The notes: generated from the sequence alone by a model not told the origin. DNA of 64,000 bases from an uncultured virus (IMG/VR IMGVR_UViG_3300032132_000750) (IMGVR_UViG_3300032132_000750), one strand, 5' to 3'. Counted from the first letter of the stretch, positions 9,689 to 20,665 are shown. Numbers and translations are program-made.

Positions 9689-10645
9689 ATGTTTGAATCT
9701 ACTCTGAAATCTATTCTTGATTCCTTCGGAGGGAAAAAGTTTCAGCTTTCTCCCGAAGTCCAAAATGCCCGCATTGCTAATCTCTACACAAAAGCAAAGC
9801 GTGATCAATGGAATCTTGACGATCAAGATTATTTTCCAGAAACAGATACCGGCGATCTTAACGAGTGGTTAGGAATTACAGATGAGGTGCGGATAGCCGC
9901 TGCTCGCACTTTTTCCTCCTTTTATTATGGAGAGCAGGGAGCTAAGATCATCTCTGCCCAGCTTTCTACTATGGCTCCTACGGCAGAGGCATCTAAGTTT
10001 TTAGCTACGCAAACGATGGACGAAGCACGTCACGTTGAAACCTTTGAACGGATCCTACTTCTAATCGGCGGTATTCAACCCATCAACCCCTTTCTTAACG
10101 CGCTGCTCAGCGATATTGATCGCTCCTCGTCACTGGCAGAAAAGTTATTGGGGATGAATCTTCTTATTGAGGGATTAGCCTTATCTGCGTTTAAGGCTAC
10201 CATTGCGGCGCTGAGACCTGGGGTTAATATCTCAGAACAAGGTTATCGCGCTTTAGTAGCCCCAATCGAAAACATTATTCGGGATGAATCCCGTCATGTA
10301 GGCTTTGGGGTGCTTTTTCTTCCTGAAGTTCTTTCAAAACTCAACCGATTGCAAAAAACAAAGCTTCGGATGCGGCAAGCCTTTTGGCTCGCACTTCTTT
10401 ATGGAAGTGTTAAGTACCATCAAGCAGATCAAGAGTTGATTGGAATCAACTATCTGAAGCTTCTTAAAGAAGTGATCGAAGATCATGAGAGGCGGCTCCG
10501 TGACTGCGGAGGAGACGCTTTCATCTCTACTGATTTAATGAAAACTATGGTCCCTAAGATGGACAAGGTTTTCGATACTGTGCGTAGTCGTTTCGGCGGG
10601 CCTGAGCTTAATACAAAAGAGTTATTGGAGGTTCTAGACCAGTGA
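9689..10645 (+). CDS. Ferritin-like diiron protein (AurF/desaturase-like fold)
   Basis: Two E...DExRH motifs (GEQGA..DEARH; IEGLA..DESRH). Confidence 0.75.
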   Translation: MFESTLKSILDSFGGKKFQLSPEVQNARIANLYTKAKRDQWNLDDQDYFPETDTGDLNEWLGITDEVRIAAARTFSSFYYGEQGAKIISAQLSTMAPTAEASKFLATQTMDEARHVETFERILLLIGGIQPINPFLNALLSDIDRSSSLAEKLLGMNLLIEGLALSAFKATIAALRPGVNISEQGYRALVAPIENIIRDESRHVGFGVLFLPEVLSKLNRLQKTKLRMRQAFWLALLYGSVKYHQADQELIGINYLKLLKEVIEDHERRLRDCGGDAFISTDLMKTMVPKMDKVFDTVRSRFGGPELNTKELLEVLDQ

Positions 10646-11262
10646 AATTGTTGATGGTGGGAGCACCCGGAGTTGGTAAAGGCACCCAGGCTAAAAAATT
10701 GAGTGCTCGGCTCAATATCCCACACGTCTCAACCGGTGATCTGCTTCGATGGCATGTTGCTAAAGAAACTTCCCTGGGTTTGCGCGCAAAAGAGTATATG
10801 GATCGAGGAGAGCTTGTTCCACACATTATCGGTATGGTTCAATATCGCCTAGACAGGGCTGATTGTGGGTCTGGGTTCATCCTAGATGGATATCCACGCC
10901 GCCTACGTCAAGCTAAGGCGATGGAAGATATTACGGAATTTGACAGAGTAATATCCTTGAGTGCTCCGGCCAGTATTATCGTAGAAAGGCTTTCTGGACG
11001 ACGACTTTGTAAGTGTAGTGCAGTCTACCATCTCGCAGATCAACCACCCCAAATTGAAGGTGTGTGCGATAAATGTGGAGAAGCCCTATACCAACGTGAA
11101 GATGACAAGCCAGAAGCAGTTCAAACACGACTAGAGCTTTTCAAAGAAGTTACCCATCCACTAGTTGAGCACTATTCAGGACGAGGGATAATACTAGAAA
11201 TTGACGGATCCGGTAGCCCAGAAGAAGTAGAAGCATTAATTACAGAGGGCCTAGATGTCTGA
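10642..11262 (+). CDS. adk: Adenylate kinase
   Basis: GAPGVGKGTQ, STGDLLR, GFILDGYPR, Cys-containing LID, QREDD. Confidence 0.95.
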   Translation: MKLLMVGAPGVGKGTQAKKLSARLNIPHVSTGDLLRWHVAKETSLGLRAKEYMDRGELVPHIIGMVQYRLDRADCGSGFILDGYPRRLRQAKAMEDITEFDRVISLSAPASIIVERLSGRRLCKCSAVYHLADQPPQIEGVCDKCGEALYQREDDKPEAVQTRLELFKEVTHPLVEHYSGRGIILEIDGSGSPEEVEALITEGLDV

Positions 11263-11713
11263 ACAACCGCCGTTTATTATTCCTAGCATATTTCTAGTTA
11301 AAGCTCACCTCTACGGAAGTGATGTTCAAGATATAGAGTGGATAAGCCCTACTAATTGTAGTGTTAGAACTACATCAGGTCATGAATTTTCCATCGACAA
11401 TGATCTTTTCATGAAAATACTCACAAAAACAATAGAAGATGTTGCAATAGCGGAAAAAGATGAAACTTGGGGTCCGTGGGGTTGGCAAAACAAGCCCGAA
11501 ACTATTTCCAAACAGGCCGCAGATTTCTCTGAAATACTTTTTAATCTTTCAAAACTAAAGGGCATCCCCGAAGAAGCACGAACACAGCTAACCGAAGCGG
11601 CTTTACTTTGCAGCGAAGCGTCTTATACTGTGGTTGGTGAAGACCCCGCTAAAGACGGGCTCCTTACAGAAGTTCGTGTTGCGATGGAGGAAAAAAATGG
11701 ATCTTCGGTTTAA
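11255..11713 (+). CDS. Hypothetical protein
   Basis: 152-aa ORF coupled to adk. Confidence 0.55.
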   Translation: MSEQPPFIIPSIFLVKAHLYGSDVQDIEWISPTNCSVRTTSGHEFSIDNDLFMKILTKTIEDVAIAEKDETWGPWGWQNKPETISKQAADFSEILFNLSKLKGIPEEARTQLTEAALLCSEASYTVVGEDPAKDGLLTEVRVAMEEKNGSSV

Positions 11714-12221
11714 GTTAGAGAAGCACTCTCCCGCCATAGAGTACATTGCTAAGCGTATTGCGGGATTGATTAGTTCGGATACCAGTAAGGCTCCGCAAAT
11801 TTTTGATCGTTCAGCGTCGCCTGATGAAGCACTGCACAGTTCGGATTCTTACCAACTAGGGGAATCAAACGATTGGTGGCTTCGATATTACCCGAATGAC
11901 AATGAAATCGCTGTCATCTATCGATATGGCGGCAGTCACGTCTCCGAGATGGAAGCCCTAGCTGAGTTCATTGTTAAGTTTCTGCAATTGGGCTGGCTCA
12001 ATAGACCGGTAACACCAAATCGACGCATCCAAGAGATTCAGGGCGGAGATGTAAAACTAACCCAGAAAAGTAGTTTCTCCTATTCCTGGGAGCAGGGATA
12101 CGAGAAGCTCGACTCCAAACATAACGAAAAAAGCGGAGGATTCTCCTTTAGTGGTTCCTACCATCCTAATGGAACTTGCGAGGGTGGGGGTGTCTGCAAA
12201 CACTGCGGGAAAACGCTATGA
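11697..12221 (+). CDS. Hypothetical protein
   Basis: ATG after GGAGG; C-terminal CxxC. Confidence 0.55.
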   Translation: MDLRFKLEKHSPAIEYIAKRIAGLISSDTSKAPQIFDRSASPDEALHSSDSYQLGESNDWWLRYYPNDNEIAVIYRYGGSHVSEMEALAEFIVKFLQLGWLNRPVTPNRRIQEIQGGDVKLTQKSSFSYSWEQGYEKLDSKHNEKSGGFSFSGSYHPNGTCEGGGVCKHCGKTL

Positions 12222-13963
12222 GCCTAAAAGAAGAACTACAAGAATACATTACAGAAATACTCGGCCAATCGGTTGAGATTAGTGCTCCGCCTAAGCCCGA
12301 AATGGGTGATGTGGCGTTGCCGTGCTTTCAATTTGCAAAGGTGCTTAAGAAGAGTCCTGTTGCTATAGCTACAGAGCTAGCGCTAAAGCTTCAAGAAGCT
12401 GCCCCACGTAATGACATTATTACCAAGGCCGAAGCTAGCGGTCCTTATGTAAACATTACATTGAGCAGCACGTTTGTTGCGGATTTTGTGATGGGTGAGG
12501 ACAGCCTTGCAGCGCAGGCATTTGAAGCGAAAACTGAAGGAGAAACACAAACAATCGTTGTCGATTATTCATCTCCCAACATTGCTAAAAACCTTGGGAT
12601 TCATCATCTTCGTTCTACAATGATTGGCAACGCCATCTGCAATATGCACGAACAACAGGGCAATAAGGTTGTTCGACTCAATTACCTAGGTGATTGGGGC
12701 ACCCAGTTTGGTGTATTGCTTGCTGCTTGTGATAAATACGGGCAACAATTCGACGAACAGGTCACAGTAGACGATCTTGTTCAGCTATACGTTCTATATA
12801 GCAAAGAGTCCAAAGATAATCCTGAAATGCAGGAAGCGGCCCGAAAAGAGTTTAAAGCTCTTGAGGAAGAAACTCGTTTTGATGGTATGATGTACGGTAC
12901 CAGCCACTATTTGGAAGGACATTCAACCCATCGGCTTGATAAGTGGAAAGAATTTAGAAAAATCAGTCTCGAAGAGTTTAAAAGCATTTACAAACGGCTT
13001 GGTGTTGGACCTAAAGGAATGATTTTTCAGGGAGAAAGTGCTTTCTCCGAAGCCGCTGACCGTATCGTAACGGAAGCTTTGGAAAAGGGGGTTGCAATCG
13101 AAAGTGAAGGAGCCATTGTTATCCCAATCGGGAAAGACAAATCTCCCTGTATGCTCCGTAAGAGCGATGGAGCTACAACCTACGAAAGTCGTGATATTGC
13201 CTGCGCTATTGCTCATTACAACAAATATGAGTTCGATCAAAAACTCTATGTTGTAGGTCACGGGCAGGCACATCACTTTGATCAAGTATTTACTGCCTTG
13301 AAGCTTCTTGGTTACGAATGGGCTGACCGCTGTAAGCATATTCCCTTCGGTTTGCTTCGGTTTGGGGAGAGTAAATTCTCATCAAGAACAGGTAATATAG
13401 TTCGTCTAGATGACGCACTTGATGTTGCCTTCAAAGAGGTTACAGAAAAGGTCAAGGAAAACGATTTCGGTATCTCTCATGAAGACACTGATTTGATCGG
13501 TATGGCGGCTGTAATTTTCGCAGACCTCTCTGCGAAGCGAATTAAAGACAGTAGCTTTAAGTGGGAAGATATTCTTCGGTTCGAAGGAAATACAGGTCCT
13601 TACCTACAGTACACTGCGGTACGTTGTGGTAGCATCTTGAAGAAGGCTTTCAAAGATGTATACAAAGCAACACAAACAGACTTCGAGTTGCTAGCCACCC
13701 CAGAAGAAAAACAGATTATGCTTGAGATTGCTCGATGGCCCGAAGCCATTGAGTTTGCTGTTGAGCAAAATGAACCTTCTTTGATATCTCATTATCTGCT
13801 GAAGCTCGCAAAAACAACTAATCACTATTTGCATAAGCACAAAGTTCTCAACCCGGATAACATTGATCTACAGGTAGTTCGATGTGCTCTGATTTCGATC
13901 ATTCAAGAACATATTATAACAGGATTAAAAATCTTGGGGATTCGTATTCCGGCTGCAATGTAG
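12218..13963 (+). CDS. argS: Arginyl-tRNA synthetase
   Basis: GPYVNI, DYSSPNIAK..HHLRST, NYLGDWGTQFG, KFSSRTG, GNTGPYLQY. Confidence 0.95.
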   Translation: MSLKEELQEYITEILGQSVEISAPPKPEMGDVALPCFQFAKVLKKSPVAIATELALKLQEAAPRNDIITKAEASGPYVNITLSSTFVADFVMGEDSLAAQAFEAKTEGETQTIVVDYSSPNIAKNLGIHHLRSTMIGNAICNMHEQQGNKVVRLNYLGDWGTQFGVLLAACDKYGQQFDEQVTVDDLVQLYVLYSKESKDNPEMQEAARKEFKALEEETRFDGMMYGTSHYLEGHSTHRLDKWKEFRKISLEEFKSIYKRLGVGPKGMIFQGESAFSEAADRIVTEALEKGVAIESEGAIVIPIGKDKSPCMLRKSDGATTYESRDIACAIAHYNKYEFDQKLYVVGHGQAHHFDQVFTALKLLGYEWADRCKHIPFGLLRFGESKFSSRTGNIVRLDDALDVAFKEVTEKVKENDFGISHEDTDLIGMAAVIFADLSAKRIKDSSFKWEDILRFEGNTGPYLQYTAVRCGSILKKAFKDVYKATQTDFELLATPEEKQIMLEIARWPEAIEFAVEQNEPSLISHYLLKLAKTTNHYLHKHKVLNPDNIDLQVVRCALISIIQEHIITGLKILGIRIPAAM

Positions 13964-13974
13964 TAAAATACATT

Positions 13975-14814
13975 GTGGATAGAAAACTTAGAGACTTGCA
14001 AAGAAGATTCGCAGAGTCAGGATTAGTATCTGATGAAGCGGCGATGCTCCGAGAAGCGGCTCGCGCAGGAAGAATAACCCAGGATCAACTTGTGCTAGCG
14101 GCACAAATGGAACATCCAGCATCTTTGCTTATTGTTCCTCCGACAATGTCGCCCTTTCGTCCTTTTCAGGGTGGCGGGGCTCCCCAATATGAAGCTTTAG
14201 AGGATTTTCTTTTTTCTCTATTCATGATTCAAAGAGATCTTCCTTATCGTCTCGGGCTTGCCTACTTAAAACTTACTCTTCCGGTTTTTGACCATAATCC
14301 CGATGAAGTATTACTTAGATACAATGAAGTTACTCATTATGGTCTGAATAGAACCTTTTCTGTTTTGATTCGTGAATACCTAGACATTTTCCAACAATGG
14401 ATTGATGCCGCTTTTTGTAGCGTCTTTGAACCTGTCAGTGATGAAGAGTGGGAACGATTAGCTTCAGAAGTTAGAACTCAACATTTTGGTGTCTGGTTTG
14501 AAGCCGGTGCTTATCATAACTACGAAGTAACTGCATCTTTTCATAATGCTTGCGATGCTGTTCACAACTTTACTCGTGCCTTAACTAATAGTTATGATGA
14601 ACGTAGACGTGTAACTCCCGGAGAAATTAAAGCCTCTTTGCAACATCTTAGATTAAGTATCAATAGTGTTGTTGATGCTATAACTGAAACCCATCCCTCG
14701 GATGCGGGAGAGCCCCTCCTTACTCGGGATGGGGTGGTTCCGGCAGAAATCTACATCCAACAAACCTTATTGCGCCGTGTAAGGCCAGAAATAATCCCAC
14801 ATCTGTTAGGATAA
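13975..14814 (+). CDS. Hypothetical protein, N-terminal DxxLRxLER-like module
   Basis: GTG start gives MDRKLRDLQRR; TAAAAT 5 nt upstream. Confidence 0.6.
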   Translation: MDRKLRDLQRRFAESGLVSDEAAMLREAARAGRITQDQLVLAAQMEHPASLLIVPPTMSPFRPFQGGGAPQYEALEDFLFSLFMIQRDLPYRLGLAYLKLTLPVFDHNPDEVLLRYNEVTHYGLNRTFSVLIREYLDIFQQWIDAAFCSVFEPVSDEEWERLASEVRTQHFGVWFEAGAYHNYEVTASFHNACDAVHNFTRALTNSYDERRRVTPGEIKASLQHLRLSINSVVDAITETHPSDAGEPLLTRDGVVPAEIYIQQTLLRRVRPEIIPHLLG

Positions 14815-14816
14815 AC

Positions 14817-15686
14817 ATGGATCGCGAACAATTTGAGAAACTCGGTAGTCGAGTTATCTCTGATTTTCAGGTAGCTTATGGAACTACTGTAGGCACAGAG
14901 CACCTTCGGCTCAAAAAGAACAACCAAGACGGTTACGCTGTATGCGAGGGCCTCATTAGAGGAAAATTTGCTCGCGTAGGTGTTGTTTGTGACGGCTGCG
15001 GTAGCCAACAAAGCAGCGAGGTCGGGGCAAAGCTTGCCGCCCCTTTACTGGCTCATTCTATTATGGACTACGCAACTCTTGCTAAGGGAGATATTAAGCG
15101 AGCGCTGTATCTTGCAGAAGAAGACTTGCTGGCTGATCTTAGAAAACTTTCACGAGGAATGGCCGGAGCTAATCCTGGCTGGACTGGAACAGTTAGTCAA
15201 ACCTTCCTCTTCACTATTATCGGTTTCATAATGACCCCAGAATGGACCTGGATCTTTTCTCTAGGTGACGGGGTTTATGGACTAAACAACAATTTTAACA
15301 CCAAGGAATATGAAGGTAACGCACCCCCTTATCTTGGCTATCGCCTTGTTGATTCCAAGTTCAAGAATCTCTCTTTGGACATCGATGAGCGTGTTCCTAC
15401 AGAAGAAGTGCAAAACCTTCTAATTGGTAGTGATGGTGTTGCTCAGCTCGCGGAGCTTGGGGAACACAATATGCCCGGCAAAGAAAAACAAGTCGGCCCC
15501 ATTAGTCAATTTTGGGAAGAAGATCGATATTTCAAAAATCCAGATATGGTTCGAAGAAAACTTTTCTTGATGAACCGAGAAACAGTAAGTCCTGACTGGG
15601 AAAACAAGATTCTTAGGCGACATCCAGGGCTGCTTGAGGACGACACAACTCTTATTGTGATTAGAAGGAACCCACATGAGCAGTGA
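14817..15686 (+). CDS. PP2C-family protein phosphatase (TerY-associated type)
   Basis: G..H....NNQD, VVCDGCGS, LGDG, IGSDG, DDTT motifs. Confidence 0.85.
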   Translation: MDREQFEKLGSRVISDFQVAYGTTVGTEHLRLKKNNQDGYAVCEGLIRGKFARVGVVCDGCGSQQSSEVGAKLAAPLLAHSIMDYATLAKGDIKRALYLAEEDLLADLRKLSRGMAGANPGWTGTVSQTFLFTIIGFIMTPEWTWIFSLGDGVYGLNNNFNTKEYEGNAPPYLGYRLVDSKFKNLSLDIDERVPTEEVQNLLIGSDGVAQLAELGEHNMPGKEKQVGPISQFWEEDRYFKNPDMVRRKLFLMNRETVSPDWENKILRRHPGLLEDDTTLIVIRRNPHEQ

Positions 15687-16002
15687 AACAGATTTTAACG
15701 AGATGTTCGGTGATACTGGTAAGTTTGATCTCACCAAGATAATGGGTGAGGATACCTCGCCACCGGAAAAAATCGCCCGAACTAAGTCAATGAGTGGGAT
15801 GAACTCGTTGGGAGCTACCGCTACCGGTGGTTTCATGCTTGGAAATGCCCTTAATCTCAAAGCAGAGGTTACTACTCTACGAGAATTTGCTCTTAAGTTT
15901 GTCGATAACGTAGAGCGGATGTTCGATATCGAGCCCCACAAGCGAGATTGGCAGACGGCGATGATTCGTCTTAAGCAAGATGCAGAAACACTTCTGGAGT
16001 AA
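15676..16002 (+). CDS. Hypothetical protein
   Basis: 108-aa ORF in a co-directional run. Confidence 0.55.
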   Translation: MSSETDFNEMFGDTGKFDLTKIMGEDTSPPEKIARTKSMSGMNSLGATATGGFMLGNALNLKAEVTTLREFALKFVDNVERMFDIEPHKRDWQTAMIRLKQDAETLLE

Positions 16003-16005
16003 GTA

Positions 16006-16416
16006 ATGATTGTCGGTCTTACAAGCGGTTGCTGGGATCTGTTCCATTACAGCCATCTTCATTACCTGCAGCGCTGTAAAGCCGAGTGCGATAAGTTGCT
16101 TGTTGGGGTTGACAGCGATACTATGGTCCGGGGTGCTAAGGGCAACAAACGTCCTATCATCCCGGAGCATGAACGCTTCAACCTAATCAATTCGCTAGAG
16201 ATTGTAGACGCCACATTTATCCTACACCAGCTAATAGATTTGGAAACTATCTCCAAGTCTTTTTTGGTAGATAAAGTTTTTAAGCATCAAGGATTTAAAG
16301 GGATAGATAACGTCATTGGTGTGGATAATACCCAAGCCAAGCTAGTTATTGTGGCTGACATCGAAGATATGGTCAGCACTACCGCAATCATCCAGAGAAT
16401 TGTAGAGAGGCATTGA
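16006..16416 (+). CDS. Cytidylyl/adenylyltransferase family protein (TagD/RfaE-like)
   Basis: GCWDLFHYSH (HxGH variant), LLVGVDSD, KG..RPII, STTAII. Confidence 0.85.
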   Translation: MIVGLTSGCWDLFHYSHLHYLQRCKAECDKLLVGVDSDTMVRGAKGNKRPIIPEHERFNLINSLEIVDATFILHQLIDLETISKSFLVDKVFKHQGFKGIDNVIGVDNTQAKLVIVADIEDMVSTTAIIQRIVERH

Positions 16417-16417
16417 A

Positions 16418-18295
16418 ATGCCCCAAGTTTATATTGATGGCAAGCGTGTCCGCATTAACACCAATAACAGTATTGGCAAAGGCGGGGAGGCTGAAATCTT
16501 TGAACTTTCTAATGGTCAAGCATTAAAGCTGTTCAAACAGCCCGGCCATCCGGACTTCCTCACTACCGATGAAAGTATGGCGGCAGAAGCTAGACTAACT
16601 GAGCATCAAAAGAAACTTCCGTCTTTTCCAAAAGGGCTTCCGCGCAGAGTTATTACTCCTATGTCGCTGGCTCGTGCAGGTAAAGGAAAAAATAGCCCTA
16701 TTGTTGGGTATACCATGCCCTTTTTGAAGGGAGCGGATCTTTTATATGATTATTCTCGGAAGAAGTTCCGTGCTGGTATTTCTAATCAAGTAGTCGTTGA
16801 TATCTTTAAGGATCTACACCAAACTGTTCGCGGGACACACCGAGCGCATGTTGTTATTGGTGATTTTAACGATCTTAATATTCTTGTTGTTTCGGGGAAA
16901 TCTGCAGCGTATCTGATTGACGCAGATAGTTTCCAATTCGGGGCCTTTCAATCTCGAATGTTTACACAACGATTTGTGGATCCGATTTTGTGTGAAGCTT
17001 CTGAACTACAACTAGCTCAACCGCACAACGAAGACAGTGATTGGTATGCCTATAACGTCATGCTGATGCAGTCATTGCTTTTTGTGGGTCCGTATGGTGG
17101 TATTCATCGACCTAAAGATAAAACCAAGAAAGTGCCTCATGACGCGCGGCCCTTGCATCGTGTGACAGTATTTGATACTGATGTCAGATACCCGAAACCC
17201 GCGATCCCCTATAAAGTTTTGTCTGACGACGTTCTACATTATTTCCACCAAGTCTTCCAAAAAGACGTTAGAGGGATCTTCCCTCTGCGTTTGCTGGAGG
17301 AAATGCACTGGACTACCTGTAAGAAGTGCAATCTAGAGCACGCCCGCAATATCTGTCCCGACTGTTCCACAATGGTTACTGGAGTCGTTAAACAGATCGT
17401 CATTATTCGTGGAAAAGTCAAAGCCACCCGAATCTTTGAAACAAAAGGGCCTATTCTTCACGCGGCTTCCCAAAAAGGTAAGTTGTCTTGGATTCATCAT
17501 GGTGATGACAAGTATGTTCGCAGTGCCCAAGGTGAGCGAGATCAAAACCTTCTCAACGGAAAACTAGACCCGAAGATTCGATATAGAGTTTCTGGTGATA
17601 GATCCTTCATCGCTAAAACTGGTGTTGTAATCGAGATGGCGAACAGCAAGAGAACAGGAGTGGATAACTTCCGAACTCTTCCGATTTTCGACACTAATAG
17701 TGAGAAACTCTTCTATCTCAGTGGAAGCCAGCTTTTGCGAGAAGACGATATAGGATCTGCCTATATTGGAGATGTTTTACAGGGACAAACACTTCTCTGG
17801 GTTGGAGAAAAGTTTGGATTTGGTTATTACGCTCTCGGATCTGTCTACAATGGCTTTGTTTTTGACACAACAAAGCGCGGATTAACAGAAGTTACCCTCC
17901 CTAAAATCCCCGGCCAGCTAATTGACTCTACTTGTGTCTTCTCAAAGAGCTTGGCCTGGGTTTTCCTGTCTAATCAGGATCGAGGTAAAACATACAATCA
18001 CTGTGTAGTGATTGATAAAGCTGGACAAATCGTAGGAATGACCAAGGCCAGCACAGATGATCCTGGGAAAAATGTCTGGTTGCAGCAAATACGGGGTAAG
18101 TTTGCAGTAGGTAATCAACTTTATTCTCCAACGGACGACGGCATCGTCCGTGCAGAGCTAGTTAATGGCTCCTTTAATCTGAAAGAATTCCCAGATACAG
18201 AACCTTTTGTTGATAGCTCTTGTCAACTATTCCCGGATAGCAGTGGAATTTACGTCGTAAGCACACACGAAATAGTAAAACTCCAGATAGGATAA
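16418..18295 (+). CDS. Ser/Thr protein kinase-like (TerY-P kinase type) with Zn ribbon and beta-rich C-terminus
   Basis: IGKGGEA, ALKLF, VVIGDFNDLNIL, IDADSFQ; CKKC..CPDC. Confidence 0.85.
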   Translation: MPQVYIDGKRVRINTNNSIGKGGEAEIFELSNGQALKLFKQPGHPDFLTTDESMAAEARLTEHQKKLPSFPKGLPRRVITPMSLARAGKGKNSPIVGYTMPFLKGADLLYDYSRKKFRAGISNQVVVDIFKDLHQTVRGTHRAHVVIGDFNDLNILVVSGKSAAYLIDADSFQFGAFQSRMFTQRFVDPILCEASELQLAQPHNEDSDWYAYNVMLMQSLLFVGPYGGIHRPKDKTKKVPHDARPLHRVTVFDTDVRYPKPAIPYKVLSDDVLHYFHQVFQKDVRGIFPLRLLEEMHWTTCKKCNLEHARNICPDCSTMVTGVVKQIVIIRGKVKATRIFETKGPILHAASQKGKLSWIHHGDDKYVRSAQGERDQNLLNGKLDPKIRYRVSGDRSFIAKTGVVIEMANSKRTGVDNFRTLPIFDTNSEKLFYLSGSQLLREDDIGSAYIGDVLQGQTLLWVGEKFGFGYYALGSVYNGFVFDTTKRGLTEVTLPKIPGQLIDSTCVFSKSLAWVFLSNQDRGKTYNHCVVIDKAGQIVGMTKASTDDPGKNVWLQQIRGKFAVGNQLYSPTDDGIVRAELVNGSFNLKEFPDTEPFVDSSCQLFPDSSGIYVVSTHEIVKLQIG

Positions 18296-18297
18296 TC

Positions 18298-19425
18298 ATG
18301 GTTGATACAGATGAGCTTGTTGATAGAATTCATACATCTCCTTATCAAGGGGTAATTGCAGTCACAGGATGTAGTTCTGCAATTGTAGATATTTTGCTGG
18401 GTCGAGGGGGCGGCTCCAAAACTTTACTTGACGCAAGAGTTCCCTATTCGACTAGGGCGTTAACTAGCTTTATCGGTCATACGCCTAAGAAATTTTGTTC
18501 CGATCTTGTGGCTAAGGAGTTGGCCTCTTCTTCTTATAGCCTAGCTACGGAACTTAGGGAACAAGAGGAAACCCCGGTTTTCGGATTGGGGATCACTGCC
18601 ACTCTCAGAAAAAAAGGCCCTGAACGAGAAGGGCGTATACATCAGGTTTTTATTAGTTTTCAAACTTCAGCTTTTACGTTCTCTCATCACATCGTGCTTA
18701 ACCCTAAAAGGAATCGAGAGCAGCAAGACTTTCTTGTTGCCTTATTAGCCCTTGATACGATAAATCAACATCTCGGTGACTGGGCAGGTACCGTGTCCGA
18801 TGATGATATTATCGATGAAACTGTCAGCAAATTACAACATCCGGAGGATCTCCAGAATCTACTGACTGGAAAGATCTCATGTTATGCGCCTCATCTAAAA
18901 AAAGACTGGAACAGAGAGAATAGAATTATTATTCCTGGGTCTTTTAACCCCTTCCATGAAGGACATCGAAAGATGGGTGAAGCGGCTATTAGTGATAGCC
19001 CTCACGAAAATCCAGAACCTCTTTATGAAATTTCTATCTCCAACGCAGATAAGGGGAAACTTTCTGGATTTGAAGTTCAAAAACGACTTAACGCCCTAGC
19101 TGACTTGGGAATAGAAAACGTAGTCGTTACTGATCATCCTACTTTTCTTGAAAAAGCATCTCTTTTTCCTGGTGCCACTTTCGTTATCGGAGCAGACACT
19201 TGGTATAGGATTATTGATCGTAAGTATTACGATCATTCTGAAGAGAAATGTGAAGAAGCCTTAGAGGCTATTCGCAAACAAGGTTGTAAGTTTCTCGTAT
19301 TGTGCCGCTACGTTAACGGGCATTATCACACCCTGCCTACGGATAAAACAACTCGCGGTCTCGCACGCGGTCTTTCAGAAGAGCAGTTCAAAGTTGATAT
19401 TAGTTCTACACAACTGCGGGCTTAG
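18298..19425 (+). CDS. CinA-like N-terminus fused to NadD-like nucleotidyltransferase
   Basis: PGSFNPFHEGH, FVIGADT, ISSTQLR; N-terminal GGSKTLLDARVPYS. Confidence 0.75.
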   Translation: MVDTDELVDRIHTSPYQGVIAVTGCSSAIVDILLGRGGGSKTLLDARVPYSTRALTSFIGHTPKKFCSDLVAKELASSSYSLATELREQEETPVFGLGITATLRKKGPEREGRIHQVFISFQTSAFTFSHHIVLNPKRNREQQDFLVALLALDTINQHLGDWAGTVSDDDIIDETVSKLQHPEDLQNLLTGKISCYAPHLKKDWNRENRIIIPGSFNPFHEGHRKMGEAAISDSPHENPEPLYEISISNADKGKLSGFEVQKRLNALADLGIENVVVTDHPTFLEKASLFPGATFVIGADTWYRIIDRKYYDHSEEKCEEALEAIRKQGCKFLVLCRYVNGHYHTLPTDKTTRGLARGLSEEQFKVDISSTQLRA

Positions 19426-19532
19426 CCGCCCACCAAATGCTCAGAGCTAAGTCTTGCCAGAGCAAGCACTTAGAAAGTTAAAAGAATCCTCGACACTGGC
19501 CTTTCATCTAGGAGAATAGGTTGCGTCGAGAG

Positions 19533-19561
19533 TTGACACAACATTAGTAATAGGGTATTCT
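19533..19561 (+). promoter_or_regulatory. Sigma70-type promoter
   Basis: TTGACA-17 nt-TATTCT upstream of ORF 19600 (SD AGGAG). Confidence 0.65.
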
Positions 19562-19599
19562 CCCTATTGCGCTTCGGCTCGCCCACATAGGAGATTTGA

Positions 19600-20658
19600 A
19601 TGTCGCATACTGCGCACCCCCTTCCATCTTTCTTTGATCGTGTAAACTCCAGCAAGTGGGGTTATCGTCCAGATCAACAACATCTTTTCGAAAGCGCCGA
19701 GAATTGGCGTAAGAAAAACGGAATCTCGGCTGCAGGATCTGACAAGACCAAGATCCATCTTTTGCTGATTGACGTTCAGCGAGATTTCTGCCTCCCAGAA
19801 GGCAGCCTTTTTGTTGGTGGTCGCAGCGGAACCGGAGCAATCGAGGATTCTTCTCGAATTGCGGAGTTTATCTATCGCAATCTTGGTGTTGTCACTGACA
19901 TCACTACGACACTGGATACGCACTTTTCGCAGCAAATCTTTCAGCAGTCTTTCTGGCTTGACGATAACGACAAGCCCGTCGCTCCGATGACAATGATTAC
20001 GTCGGATCAGATTCGTGCTGGAAAATTCCGACCCAATCCGGCTGTTGCTCGCCTGGTTAAGGGCAACTATCCTTGGGTTTTGTCCCAGACACAACACTAC
20101 TGCGACGAGCTGGAAAAGGCTGGCAAGTATCGGTTGATTGTTTGGCCTTTCCACTGCATGTTGGGTAGTGAAGGCCATGCGTTGGTGGGCACAATTCACG
20201 AGGCGCGTCTTTTTCATGCCTTTGTTCGTGGTGCTCAGAATAGCTCTGAGATTAAGGGTGCAAACCCCTTCACAGAGAACTATTCAGTGCTTCGACCCGA
20301 AGTGCTTTCTCGTCACGATGGGAAGGGAAACCTGACCCAGAAGAACACGCAATTCTTCAACAAGTTGCTGGAATCTGACGCGGTCGTTATTGCAGGGCAA
20401 GCGGACAGTCACTGCGTGAAGAGCAGTATCGACGACATTCTCACAGAGCTTGTTGATAATGGCAACCCGGAGCTTGCGAAGAAAATCTACGTAATGACGG
20501 ATTGCATGAGTTCCGTTGTCATTCCTGACGGCCAGGGCGGTTACGTGATGGACTTTACTGCGGAAGCAGAAAAGGCTCACCAGCGCTTTGCAGACGCTGG
20601 AATGAACCTCGTTAAGAGCACCGATCCAATCGAAAGCTGGCCCGGTCTTCAGTTTTAA
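19600..20658 (+). CDS. Nicotinamidase/isochorismatase-family cysteine hydrolase
   Basis: LLIDVQRDFC, TLDTH, WPFHC, AGQADSHCV catalytic motifs. Confidence 0.85.
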   Translation: MSHTAHPLPSFFDRVNSSKWGYRPDQQHLFESAENWRKKNGISAAGSDKTKIHLLLIDVQRDFCLPEGSLFVGGRSGTGAIEDSSRIAEFIYRNLGVVTDITTTLDTHFSQQIFQQSFWLDDNDKPVAPMTMITSDQIRAGKFRPNPAVARLVKGNYPWVLSQTQHYCDELEKAGKYRLIVWPFHCMLGSEGHALVGTIHEARLFHAFVRGAQNSSEIKGANPFTENYSVLRPEVLSRHDGKGNLTQKNTQFFNKLLESDAVVIAGQADSHCVKSSIDDILTELVDNGNPELAKKIYVMTDCMSSVVIPDGQGGYVMDFTAEAEKAHQRFADAGMNLVKSTDPIESWPGLQF

Positions 20659-20665
20659 CTAGTCC

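Noticed and set aside
19564..20217. Long antisense ORFs such as 19564-, 15420- and 47121-
   Set aside because: Shadow frames opposite well-supported genes
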